DNA from: Octopus vulgaris
Lineage: Eukaryota
Length of the DNA: 64,000 nucleotides
Direction of reading: 5' to 3'
Assembly: GCA_951406725.2 (NCBI GenBank)
Contig: OX597814.1
Location: forward strand, 126,852,001 to 126,916,000
Under the pieces are notes generated by a model that searched no databases, had not been told where the DNA came from, and saw only the letters and a program-made list of their open reading frames with translations. A program made the translations under genes and the position numbers. Positions 40,419 through 52,621 of this stretch are shown here, piece after piece (the stretch's first letter is position 1; every line of letters starts with the position of its first letter).

Positions 40419-40603
40419 TACAGAAGGAGAATCAAGAGAAGGGTTCAGTCTGAATGCTTGCAGAGTTAATACTCCTGTACACCCCAAAAACCAGGTAGGT
40501 CCATCATTACCATCTTTGCTTTTTTCTATGATTGCACGGGTCAGACGGAATTCATTGAGGTAGATTTTCTATGGCCAGTTGCCCTTCCTGTTTCAAAACA
40601 ATG
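40419..40603 (+). repeat. 185-bp direct repeat, copy 2
   Basis: Same sequence as 34002-34186; here it continues into a minus-strand SINE (~40550-40865). Confidence 0.92.
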
Positions 40604-41884
40604 TAATATTTCCACATGGTTATATTTTCAAGCAAAACTAGAAGGCTTGTATGGCAGTGACACTCATTTACAACTATTGTATGATATCCACATAAGGACA
40701 TGGACACACACACACAAGGCTGAGCTTCTTTCAGTTTCTGCCTACTAAGTCCACTCACTAAGTTTTGGTTAGCTCAGAATTATAATAGACAGTTGACCAA
40801 AGTGCCAGAGTGGAATTGAACTTGAAACTATATGGTTGGAAGCAAACTTTTTAGCCACTCAGCCAATCCCATACTTAATTATATATACAGAGCATTTTTG
40901 TACATAGACCATTGAATAGATGTAATTAGTTTATAAACTGCTAGATGCACACCTATGAGAAGACCTGTGTGTGTATGTATGTATATATATAAAGGTCTAT
41001 ATATCATTAGGATTTTGCTTTGCAACCAAATATCTCTGGATTTGACACTTAATGAACGACTTCTTTTGTTGCTCAATATGAGAAACAATAAAACTGATTG
41101 GTTCATTAGCAACACTATTGATAATAATGTTGTTCACAAATTGCAATATAAAATAAACTATATAACTATGTGTAAAGATAATTAAGGCAAACTTCGTTTT
41201 TTAGCAGACTAAAACTTTTGGACAAATGAAAAATGGCTGCTAGCTTTTCTGCAGAAGTCTTGCTGTACAAGGTTGAAAGACACCTCACCATAGAACACTT
41301 TCCCTCCTGACTCACACTGCTACACTAATATAAACAAGTTAATCACTTCAATTATACACTGTTCATATTATCTACCTTCAGTCTGTGCCATACTAACTTC
41401 TGTTCACCCATTTCCTTCGAGACTATTTCATCTGGACCTAGTTTGTCATCAATTTCCTGCTTCTCAGGATAATCTACTGTGCTATATGCCGTTACTGATC
41501 CCACATTTAATTACAATGAAAAATTACAGATCCATACCAAAAGGTCCCTGTTATTTGTCACTAAATGCATGCATGAACTCGCATACACACACAGCCTCTA
41601 TGGTCAAACAGTATCCTCTTCTTGAGGATACATTACCAAGTAGTCGGCTACAAATAAGCTATTTTTAGCTTACTACTGTGTGGCTTAACTGTGTCAGTGG
41701 ATAACAGTGTAATTAGATAATGAAGTCCTACACAAAACAACTATGTGCTGATTGTATCTGTAATGCTGAGGGTGCTAAACAAAAAAACATTTAAGACCAC
41801 ATCTAAAAGTCATCTTGCTGGTTGGCACTCACCAACACACTCCAACCTCTAGCCTAAGGACAGTTTCATTACTCAGCTTTAATT

Positions 41885-42160
41885 GAGGCCGTTGCCAGTA
41901 TTGCTGTACTGGCTCCTGTGCATTTGGCACGTAAAAAACACCACTTGAGCATGGCCGTTGCCAGTACCGCCTGACTGGCCCTCGTGCCGGTGGCACGTAA
42001 AAGCACCCACTACACTCTCAGAGTGGTTGGCGTTAGGAAGAGCATCCAGCTGTAGAAACTCTGCCAGATCAGATTGGAGCAGCCATCTGGTTTGCCAGTC
42101 CTCAGTCAAATCTCTCAACCCATGCTAGCATGGAAAGTGGACGTTAAATGATGATGATGA
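41885..42160 (+). mobile_element. Family-C retroposon 3' end with (GAT)n tail
   Basis: ggttggcgttaggaagagcatccagctgtagaaactctgcc...catgctagcatggaaagtggacgttaaatgatgatg. Other copies at ~2324(-), 3590(+), 4777(+), 13000(+), 25860(-), 35105(-), 59880(+). Confidence 0.85.
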
Positions 42161-45100
42161 ATTGCTACTACTCCAATAATCTTGGTCCCTCAAAATGAGC
42201 TAATTGCATATCAAGTCCAGTTGGTACACCAGTTTCTCCTCCCAGGCTCAGTACTGATCACTATAATCAATCCTTCCTTCCAGAATTTCAACCTCTGAAG
42301 AAAACTGTCAGCCAATTACAGTTCCAATGGTAGACACCATATGTGCAAGGATCAGAGATTGATTCACAATCCAACTCAGCCATACATAACCCACATTTCA
42401 GCAGTCCAGCTTAGCAGTGATAGTGAAAACATAGATTGGTACACTTTTCATTTGCATACCCTCATGTATAGGTTAAAGAACATTTTCTTCTAACATTGAA
42501 CATTACAAGAAGGAGAATTAGTGAATGTTCTGGTCAAAATTGGAGCCTAACTTTGCATCAAATTTAATACACCAAGTAAATCTCCTTTCCATTTCAACAA
42601 GCTCGCCATCAAATGCTAAAGCACCTTTGGTCACATCAAACCAAAACCCTTGCCCCTTCCATTACCCTTTATGTACTGTAGAGTTATGCTCTATCCTTTA
42701 GAATCACAGAAGTGTGTTTCCAGATGCAAAGAGGAGAAAACTCTAATCTTGCCAATTCATCATTCCATTGCACTCACTGCCAACATCTCAAAAATGATGG
42801 AGATAGCCATTAACCTCTAAATCCCTTTCTCTTTCCTTGACGACCACCTGTACAGCTTTTGTAAAGTCAGATCTACTGGAGATGTATTCTCTTAAGACCC
42901 TTTAAAAATTGTGAAAATAGCATCATTAAATTTGACATCAGCTAAGTATTTAACTGTGGTATGTGAATCTCCTAGTAAAACATTTACACATGGGCTCCGT
43001 CCTTCTCTTGTCACAATGGCTTCCTGTCAGTACCAATAAAGTGTATGCTTGTGAGGTTTTAACTCATTATCAACTCTGCGGAGTTCAGTTTTGACCCTTG
43101 CACTACTTATTATCACCAACCATAACCACTCCTACCCAGGTGGTACCAAACTTCGTGCACCCAATCATCTACTTGCAATCTTGACATCACACTAAACCTG
43201 CACTGACTCCAACAGCAAAAAGAATCACTACATATATCAAAGAAACAACATTGTAGTCTTCCACAAAACATAACTAGTATGCAACTAGAAACCTCAAGGT
43301 TGCTACTAATGTTACACCTCATCATCACTAAGGATCTCTTTGCAACTTAGCCAAGACAGGCTTTCTTTCCAGAGCCTGAAAATATTTTCAGACCATAAAA
43401 ACTAACACTACAAACAGTTAAAGCAAGATTCCCTATGCAGCAGGTCCAACATCTGAGACAGTGTTGCTACCACACAGACATCCAAGACAACAAAAACAGG
43501 CTACCTGACTGATTGGTAGGTTCAGTTGTGGAATCACCTATCTACCTTCTCTACCACTACTTCAGGAGCCATAACTCCTCAGAAATGGCTAGACTCAAAT
43601 ACTTTCAATTTAATTCAGCAACAAAAATCTTGTTCAAACCACTGTTAAGACCTGCCTCTGGGATTCCCTCCCAGCCAATATTTTTCTTTCAGCTGTCAAG
43701 TTGCAGCAATTCAATCTCACTGTGACAGGCATAATCCATCATCATCCTCCAGTCTAGTTTTTAAAACAAAAAAAAAACCTTCAACAATGCTACGCTTAAA
43801 AAAATATTGTATCTTGCAGTGAACAAACTGTCTGAATAAATGTGAAAAATGATCAAGAGCTAAATAATATTCTAGCTACACAAATAATTGGACAGTGGAG
43901 CGAGTTCCTGTCCAGATACTAACAATGTACCACATATAATAATCATAGCATGTCAATGTGCGCAGTTTAATCCTCAACTAGTTAGAGGCATGGTATAATT
44001 AGAATAACAGAAAAGATCATATCTAGTCATTTGGCCATCTGCCTAGATACTGACCTGATACTATACAACACCACTTACCTTGCAAAGATTAAATTGCCTG
44101 AGTTACAGAGCTAATCTACAGTTAAATAGTGTTATCTACCTGTTAGTCTACCTAAAGCTGTATATGTAGCAAAGCTAATTCTCTAACATTGTGTAGCTCT
44201 GGAAGTTTCTGCAATGAAAAGGTTATACTACCATAGGTATGCCCTTAATATGGTAACCAACAATAAATACAATCACTGGCATGCAAGTGAGACAAGAAGA
44301 AAATATAGGAGAATGCTTTAATGGCCAGTATTTAGCTCTAGTTTCATACATTAAGTATTGAAAAATAAATTGCCCTCTGAATGGGTTGACAGTTTACTGC
44401 AGGTAATATTGCTCAGATGTTCCAAACAACTACATGAAATGAGGATAGAATATTCTGCCCTGCAATATAATAAAATGCTTTCAGTAGATTTGAATCACAC
44501 ATACAACCAAGTAAGCCTTTACAGTATCCATTCAGCCATCATACTCCTACTATATTTATAAGCAAAGACATTTCTGCTGATAATGCCTTCCCAAAAGGTC
44601 ATTTATGATAGTAGTGAAACAGTTTTGGAAAGAATTTATCACTACACTATATTGATGTGATTTTTGTAAAAGTTTCTCGCCAAGAATTTATTATAGAAAA
44701 GATAACAGGAATTCTAAAAACACAGAATACCCATTATCATTATTTAATTTTAAAATGGCAAAATAACTGAAAAACTTATATGAGATTAATGTAGGTGGGT
44801 AAAAATATACAGAAAAACTAACTCCAAAAAACAAAGGTGACCTACACTTTCTTTTCAAAGAAAACAAACAGCAAATAAATGGATACAAACAGATGTTAGA
44901 TGAGAAAAGACTAAAGAAACTGGTTGGAAATATTTACAGTGAAAGAAAGGAGCTAGGCAACTTGAAAACTATTTCCTAGATGTTAACCCCAAGTTACTTC
45001 CAGCTGAGCAGACCTATGATCAAAGATGCTCTAGCCATGAGTATTGCTTTTGTTTCTTCCCTTTAAAACTGTGAAGTGAGATTTGGCTACTATTTCTAGT

Positions 45101-46249
45101 GGTTTGAGTGGCTACACTGAGGCTCCTTCAATGGATTAAAAACTGAAGTAAATGTTGGCCCTTGGATATTCATTCACTACCTTAAATGTTGACAATCCCC
45201 CTCAGTTGAACGATAAAATAAAATTTTTTTTAAAAAGTCGAAATGAATGACTCACTCAGTTCGTGCCATAACTAGATTTGTTTTAAGAATTGTCAATGTC
45301 ACTGAAGTGTGAGTTTTCACTAGAATCACTCTACAACAGGAAGTCATTAAGAATAACGAAGGACAGCCTTTTGTGATCGCTGAATTGTTAGAAATAGCAG
45401 CCAAATCTCCCTCACGCTACACTTTTTTAATAAACGACACTGGATGCATTCTGTGAGAAAAAAAGATGAGACGATCAGGGTTGACATGGGTTCAAATAAC
45501 AAGGTTAGCATATCTCGTTTTCCTTTTAAAAGGAAACTAGGAATGCAGATTAAGTTTGTCCAAAAGGTTGCATCATTATTCCAGTACTGGATCTGATTCA
45601 CTGACATTCATAAGAAAAATCATATCCTTGAATTCAAAGAAATTTGTTTTTGCGTTGTTTTTTTTTCCTTCTAAGACAAGGTTAAGTATAAACGACATTT
45701 TCAGAATTATAAATAGTAATTGTGTATAATCGTCTACAATTTGAACCTGTGCACATCAGTTTCGAAACATACTGGAATGTGCAAGTTGCGATGAAAGTAA
45801 TAGAGCAATTGAATGCACACGTACAAACATCTGGTTTAGAAAGACATTGTTAGACCACAAATGTTTCTCATCTTCAAGGTGATAACTGCACAAAATACAT
45901 GGTCAATCCTTCCTCCCCAGAACTAATTCAATCTGAAAATTCCATCTCGCAGACTTTTTTTTTTTCCGGCAGTTGTCAAGTTGACGAGTAACGGTATCAA
46001 TCTTGGCAGTTTACAATAACCTGCAAAGGTCACTGACTGCTACCTGCTCTTCTCACAAACACATACAAGTGTCTAGTCTATTGTTTTTACCTCACTTTTT
46101 TTTTTTTTTTTTTGGTAAACTCCCACTCTATATGTAACTTGTTTTTGTAATATTCCTTTCATCTGACGTCCTTGTGGCAAATAAAAGAAATTATTATTAT
46201 TATTATTATTAAACTATATACAAGAGGAAGAGTTCTGCTATCAATTTAA

Positions 46250-47600
46250 AAGCAAAACAAAAAAACTTCATTCAAATTTAAACTAACGCCGTGTATGAAC
46301 GGTAAGTTGTTAATTACAAAAGAAAAAAATGTGACATCGTAGACGAAACGGCGGAAGTAAAGGATACGTACACCACCCGTTTTCGGCGTTACAAAACCCC
46401 CTAACCCTAAACACCAGGTGTATGTATTCTTTACTTTCGCCAACGAAGATGCTGAGGTCAAATATTGTTGACAATATAGAAAGCCACAATTATGTAAGAA
46501 TATTAACAGGAAGAATAAATGTAATAATAACTCGTATGTATTGACTACAACTGACTGTAAGGACAAGAACGTATAAAGGTCAATTATAGACGGATGTATC
46601 ACGTAAGCCAATTGTAACAAACAGGTTTTTTAGTCACACCTATGCAATTGGACCCAAGACAGGTGATTGCATTTATCAGTCACTGCTAATCAGTATATTA
46701 ATAGTGGCAGAAGAAAGGGGCCTACTGTTAGATTTGTTATCATCCAGAATTTTACGGTTTCGTTTTTGAAAATCTGAAATGCTGATTTAATTTTTTAAGG
46801 ATAAAAAAATGCATTTTTTAAGGAGAGGTGCGGAACTGCATTAGCCCCCAAAATTTAATTATTATGAATGAAAACAATATAATTCATTAATTCAAGTAGG
46901 AACTATTATAAGTTCGATGCTCTACAGAGCTGGTTAACACATTGAGAGAGAGAGAAGAAGGAAGCGAGAATGCAAGGGAATAAAATAATTACATAAACTT
47001 TTAGTTGGATTTACAAAACGGGAGATATTAGAGAATGAGGATATAACTATAACTGTATTGAATAAATATCTATTAATAAGACAGTTGAAGAATAAAATGA
47101 TCGAGAAAGAAGGCTTAAAACGGTTCGATGAGTAAATGGAGGAGGACGTTTGCGTCAGAATGACAGAAAATTTACAAGAAAGAGTTAATTTTGGTATATT
47201 TTTCTTCATAAAATTATTTCATACAAAAAGAAGTCTATAAGTTGTGGCCGTGGCTATATTTCTTGAATAGAGATAAAAGCGACCTTACGTTAACCTTGAG
47301 GACACAACAACCTTCCCACATGTCCACTTTTTATAATGGACATCTTTTATATTCTAGTGGTAAAAACAATCCATAGGATGATGTGAAATAAATATTACCA
47401 AAACACAAGCAAAAATAATAAAGACCAACCTGGCAACTAACGGACCGATGTGAAAGAAAAGATATTCAATGAAATGTGCTTCTCCAGAGAGAGTTACTTA
47501 GTGGACGAGACTTGACGAAGCCGACGAGACTTAATGAGATCAAGAAACTTAACTCTTGCCAAACTATGAGCTAAGGACGGGGTAGGAGGTTATGGTAGAG
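46250..47600 (-). promoter_or_regulatory. Probable COX4 promoter / non-coding first exon region
   Basis: Locally CpG-rich unique sequence. Minus-strand TATAAAAA at 47335-47328 followed by a donor ac|GTAAGG at 47288; ETS-like GCGGAAGT at ~46351. The ATG exon begins with a splice acceptor, so an upstream exon is likely. Confidence 0.4.
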
Positions 47601-48289
47601 AACAGTTCTATCACTGCCGTCATCAGATTTTTTTTTTAAATATAAAAAAAACAAGTATTTTCGAAATAAAGAGTGGAAAAATTGAGAAGGGAAAATTTTG
47701 AAAGTTTAGATTCTAACACATTCTGAGAGCTAATGTCCACTGCAGTGCATCATCATCATCATTATAACTCCTATATATCTAATATTTAATGCCTAATTCA
47801 TCTGCCTTTCCCTTTTAAGGCGGGGAACGGGCAGAGTCGTCAGCACGCTGGCAAGAATCGTTGCATTTCGTTTGTCTTTATGTTTTGAATTTAAATTCTG
47901 TTGTGACTAGCTTTATCTTGCACCCTTTTTAAGGTTGATAAAATAAGTACCAGTTGAACACTGGGATTGATGTAATCGACTTTTCCCCTCTCCCGAAATT
48001 GCTGGCCTTGTGCCAAAATTTGGAAGCAATATTTAATGACAAATTTTAAAATCTAATGTTGGTCGTAAATGTGATTGTAAATTGACTATGATAAAGTCAC
48101 TAATATGTCCCATAGGGATATGAACTAACTTTAGATACTATTTCAATTTACTACAGATAGCAGTCAAACATACCTCAAATCACATTTTACAGTTTTAAAT
48201 AACACCTGAACATGTTAGATAAGGCAATTCTACCAAGCGTAACTTTGAAAAAAATGAAGTGGTCTTTGATCTTGTTAGTTGTCGGAGCA

Positions 48290-48497
48290 CTGCATCCTTC
48301 AAAACTTCCATGCTTCCTGAGATTCGCCAACACTACACCTGATTTTCTCCCTTCCATACACACGCAAGCATGTATCTGACTCATACACTGTTCACTTTCC
48401 AGACATTTGTACATTACTGCATATGCTTTAGACACACTTTTTGACAAGTTGTGGTGCACCTGAGCACTGTATACAATAATTTCATTATTATTATTAT
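48290..48497 (+). mobile_element. CR1/L2-like LINE 3' terminus
   Basis: Matches the 22260-22480 3' UTR and (TTA)n tail. Confidence 0.75.
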
Positions 48498-48768
48498 TTT
48501 ATGCTTGCTTAATGAACATTGAGGCTAAGCAAAAGTAACAATATTTTTTTTTAAATACATCCCTGAGAAAGATTTAAGATTCTAGATTAATGATTCTCAA
48601 TAATTTTGACTTAATGGCACACTGAAAGTCATATATAAAATTACTGATGCACTTTGGTAAAACAACACTGGCACACTCTACATGGAAAGTTAAGAAAACT
48701 CTACTTATAATGGAAGGAAGGTTTTTATGATACTTTGGGGGTATCTTCTTCTTCCATTATAATTATTC

Positions 48769-49121
48769 TGTTGATTCAAGAAGCTGGAAATACGAAGAAT
48801 GAAGTTCTCAGGCAGAGTAAATTCAGTAACCGTTTATTCACAGGTGCTTCGTACAAGGGGTTTGCTTTCAGTAACCATCTTCACAGCAGTGCATAGTTAG
48901 TCTTCTCTCCCATGCATGTAAGGTTCAATAACCTCTGGAGACAATACATGTGGTATCACATAGGGACAAAAGTCCGCTGTGAGCTCCTGGCTTTGAAGTT
49001 TTGCTTGGCATCACCCTGAGAAGAACGATAGGGAAAATGCTGTTGTCTTTTCCTTAAATAATGGTTGCAGGTGAGATCTCACTGTCTCAAAATGGTGCTG
49101 GCTTCTTTGTGCCTAGCTACA
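48769..49121 (-). mobile_element. Probable 3' LTR of the Gypsy element
   Basis: Minus strand starts TGTAG right after a purine-rich aaggggagcccc, contains AATAAA and ends CAACA. Confidence 0.6.
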
Positions 49122-51770
49122 GGGGCTCCCCTTGAGAATGCCAGTGCAAAAATAGAGAATAACTGGAGCAGGCACAAGAAAGAACAAAGATGGTAACTGA
49201 TCACAAACAACAAGATATGGTGCAAAAATGTGACAAGTCAAAAAGAAAAATAATTGCAAGAAATATAAATTGGCATGCACAAAATTTGACAAAATGTTCA
49301 ATGGCAGAGTATTGGAATTGTTCAGTATCACAAGAAAGCAATTGTCTGTCACAGGAAACACAAAAGAGATTGTCAGATGTAAATAGTTTTGGTAAGTTTT
49401 GGGGTCCAATGCACAGTACGGCCTGTCCTGGTGACATGAGGTTTGTTTATGTTAGGTTGTGGCGATGAAGGTGGAGGTGTAGGTGATGGTGTGGTCAAAG
49501 GTGCATGTGCAGGTGGATGTGTAGGTGGTTGTAAAGGATCAAAAGTGAGTGTGGCTGGAGTGTCATTGAAGGGTGTGGAAACCTCAAAATATACCTTTTT
49601 AAGTTGCTTGATTGACATGGTCTCTGCCTGACCATTGATGTCGTGACTAAAAGTTTTGGGTGTGCGCGATAGCACACGAAACAGTCCTTTATAGGGAGAA
49701 ATGAGCGGTCCTCTGACAGAATCATCCCGAACAAAAACATGAGTCCACTTTTCAATGTCCGGTGAGACATGAGAGGGAATAGATTGGTCATGTGGATACA
49801 ATGGTGAAAGACTCAAGAAATTCGAGTGAAGTCTGGTAACATACGATGTTGGATCAGGATGCAATGAATTGGCTGGTGCTAACATTGTACCAGGAAGTGC
49901 AAAGGTGGTACCGTAAAGGAATTCAGCAGAGGAGAAAGCTAAGTTTGTCTTAACGGCAATGCGACAACTAAGAAGAATGATAGGCAGGAATTCTGTCCAA
50001 GATTGCGGATCAGGAATGGCATGTAGAGCAGCCTTCAGTTACCTGTGAAAACGTTTGACCATCCCATGGGAAGCTGGATGGTAGCTGGTCATACGAATGT
50101 GATTAATATCTAGGATTCGTGATAATTCACAAAATAAGGAAGCTTCGAACTATCAGTGGTTATCTTAGCTGGAACACCAAAATGAGCAATCCAATTAGAA
50201 ATGAAAGCTCGAGCAACTGATTCAGTGGAAATGTCCACTATTGAAATGGCTTCAGGCCAACAAGAGAAAGAATCAATGCATGTCAATATGTAAGAGAAAC
50301 TGTGATTGACAGGCCATGGTCCAACCAGATCAATGTGGATATGGTGAAAGCGAGTCTCTGGTGGAGAAAACTGTCCAAGAGGAGCACGAATGTACCTGTG
50401 AATTTTAGAACACTGGCATTTCACACAAGAATGTGCTCAGGCAGTGATCATCCAGCGCATATTAGGCCAGAAAAACCAAGCCATAATAAGCTTCACCGAG
50501 GCAGCGATGCCAGGATGTGACAGTGAATGCAAGGTATCAAAAACGGAACACTTGTAGTTTGCAGGTACAAACAGCCTGGGAGAACCAGTAGCTGTGTCAC
50601 AAAGGATTGTGCCTTCAGCAGACAGAAGTGGAAGGCAGGACAACTTAGTAGAAGTTAGATCCAATGTGTCCAGAGCTGGCTGATCCTGCACAAAGTCAGT
50701 TAAATCAATTGCAGCAGTAGATGAAAGAGAACACACAGGGAGATGAGTGAGTGCATCAGCAGGTACGTTCTCTGTTCCAGGTATATACTGAATGTTACTC
50801 GTGAACTGGGAAATGTAGTCCAGGTGACAAAAAGTATGAGGCGAGTGTCTGTCCAATTTAGATGACAGAGCAAACATAAAAGGCTTGTGATCAGTATAAA
50901 TCACAAAATCTCAGCCCTTGAGTTGATGTTCAAAATGACGAACCAACAGGTAGATCGCTAAGAGTTCACGATCAAACATACTGTAACAACGTTCAGCTGG
51001 CTTTAATTGATGAGAAAAGAATGCCAAAAATGCCAAAGGTTGAGTTTGATTATCGACGGTAGGTTGTAAAACGGCACTGATGCATCAACTGTTAAAGAGA
51101 GACAAGCATCAGGAACTGGATGCACAAGCAAAGGAACAGAAGCTATTTCCTTCTTGATTGACTCCAAAGAAGATAATACCTCGGCAGATAAAGTGATTTT
51201 CTTTTATTCTTTTATTTGTTTCAGTCATTTGACTGTGGCCATGCTGGAGCACTGCCTTTAGTTGAGCAAATCGACCCCAGGACTTATTCTCTGTAAGCCT
51301 AGTACTTATTCTATCGCTCTCTTATGCCGAACTGCTAAGTTACGGGGACGTAAGCACACCACCATCGGTTGTCAAGCGATGTTGGGGGTACACACACACA
51401 CACACACATGCACATATATATGAAGGGCGTCTTTCAGTTTCTGTCTACCAAATCCACTCACAAAGCTTTGGTCTGCCTGAGGCTATAGAAGAAGACACTT
51501 GCCCAAGGTGTCACACAGTAGGACTGAACCCGGAGCTATGTGGTTGGTAAGTAAGCTACTTACCACACAGCCACTCCTGTGCATGTCGCTTGCTATGAGC
51601 AAATCATCCACATAACTGAACGCACAGTCAAGTCCACAGACAACTTCATCAATAAACCTCTGGAATGTACTCGTTGCATTCTGCAAACTGAAGCTTGTAA
51701 GCAGGAACTTGAAACTTCCAAAAGGGATGGTAACTGCAGTTTTTGTAATGTCGTCAGGGTTCATCCAATG
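49122..51770 (-). mobile_element. Degenerate Ty3/Gypsy pol (RT fragment, RNase H, integrase)
   Basis: KTAVTIPFG..FQRFIDEV..YVDDLLIAS; ELLAIY..IYTDHKP; H..SHPG zinc finger; HIDLVGP..TCIDSFSCWPEA; GPLISPYKGLFRVL (GPY/F). Order RT-RH-IN. Confidence 0.9.
51201..51582 (-). mobile_element. Family-A SINE inside Gypsy RT
   Basis: Reverse complement of the 21227/29456 copies. Confidence 0.9.
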
Positions 51771-52388
51771 AGCTTCAACACTGTTTCCAGCTACCCAATT
51801 TGACTCACAAGGATGTTTTAGAAGACACTTACCTACACTGTGGGATTGAGTTCAAAATAATGTGATTGTGAAGCAAACTTCATAAGTGATAATACTTTTC
51901 TTAAATAAGCTATCATTGATTTAACTTTCTCTACAACAGTTACTGACTTTACCTTCTCATTTCAAAAGCTGATATGGTCAGCCACTTGACATTGGTATAT
52001 CATATATTATTAATATTTTGGGGTTGAGTTGATTCAATCAATTATGTTCCTTTATCTACAAAACTGACAGGATACTAACTCAAGTTCTGCCCAGAGCAAC
52101 TTTACATTTCCTTTTTCTTGGATTAATAACTTACCAGCTGATTACTGCATTATTTAATCAGCTTCACCACTTTTTAAAAAATTTATGACTGCAAGGCTTG
52201 TAAGAAACTCTGATCAATAAATAAGCAAAACATCAGAAAATTAGATAAAAACTAAATATTTGCAAGATAATAGTTCAAAGATAACTAGGTTATGTATATA
52301 TATAAAAAGAAACAATTTAAAATAGAAAATGAAAAGAGAGCCACTGATATAACTCAAGCCTTCTTTACAAATTAGGTACTAAGTTTCT

Positions 52389-52621
52389 AAGGCAGCGAAC
52401 TGGCAGAAACGTTAGCACGCTGGGTGAAATGCTTAGCGGTATTTCTTCTGACGCTACTTTCTGAGTTCAAATTCCGCCGAGGTTGACTTTGCCTTTCATC
52501 CTTTCGGGGTCGATTAAATAAGTACCAGTTACACACTGGGATCGACATAATCGACTCAATCCATTTGTCTGTCCTTGTTTGTCCTCTCTGTGTTTAACCC
52601 CTTGTGGGTAGTAAAGAAATA
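52389..52621 (+). mobile_element. Family-B tRNA-derived SINE
   Basis: aaggcagcgaactggcagaaacgttag (A-box), gagttcaaattcc (B-box), central gactttgcctttcatcctttcggggtcgat..aagtaccag. Similar copies at ~34204-34400 and ~47817-48030. Confidence 0.88.

Noticed and set aside
42500-43740. Old LINE RT remnants (also ~52790-53120, 54600-55460, 60230-61900)
   Set aside because: Probably real but too degraded to assign clade or boundaries by eye.
46399-46411. Interstitial telomere (CCCTAA)2
   Set aside because: Only two units; compatible with chance.
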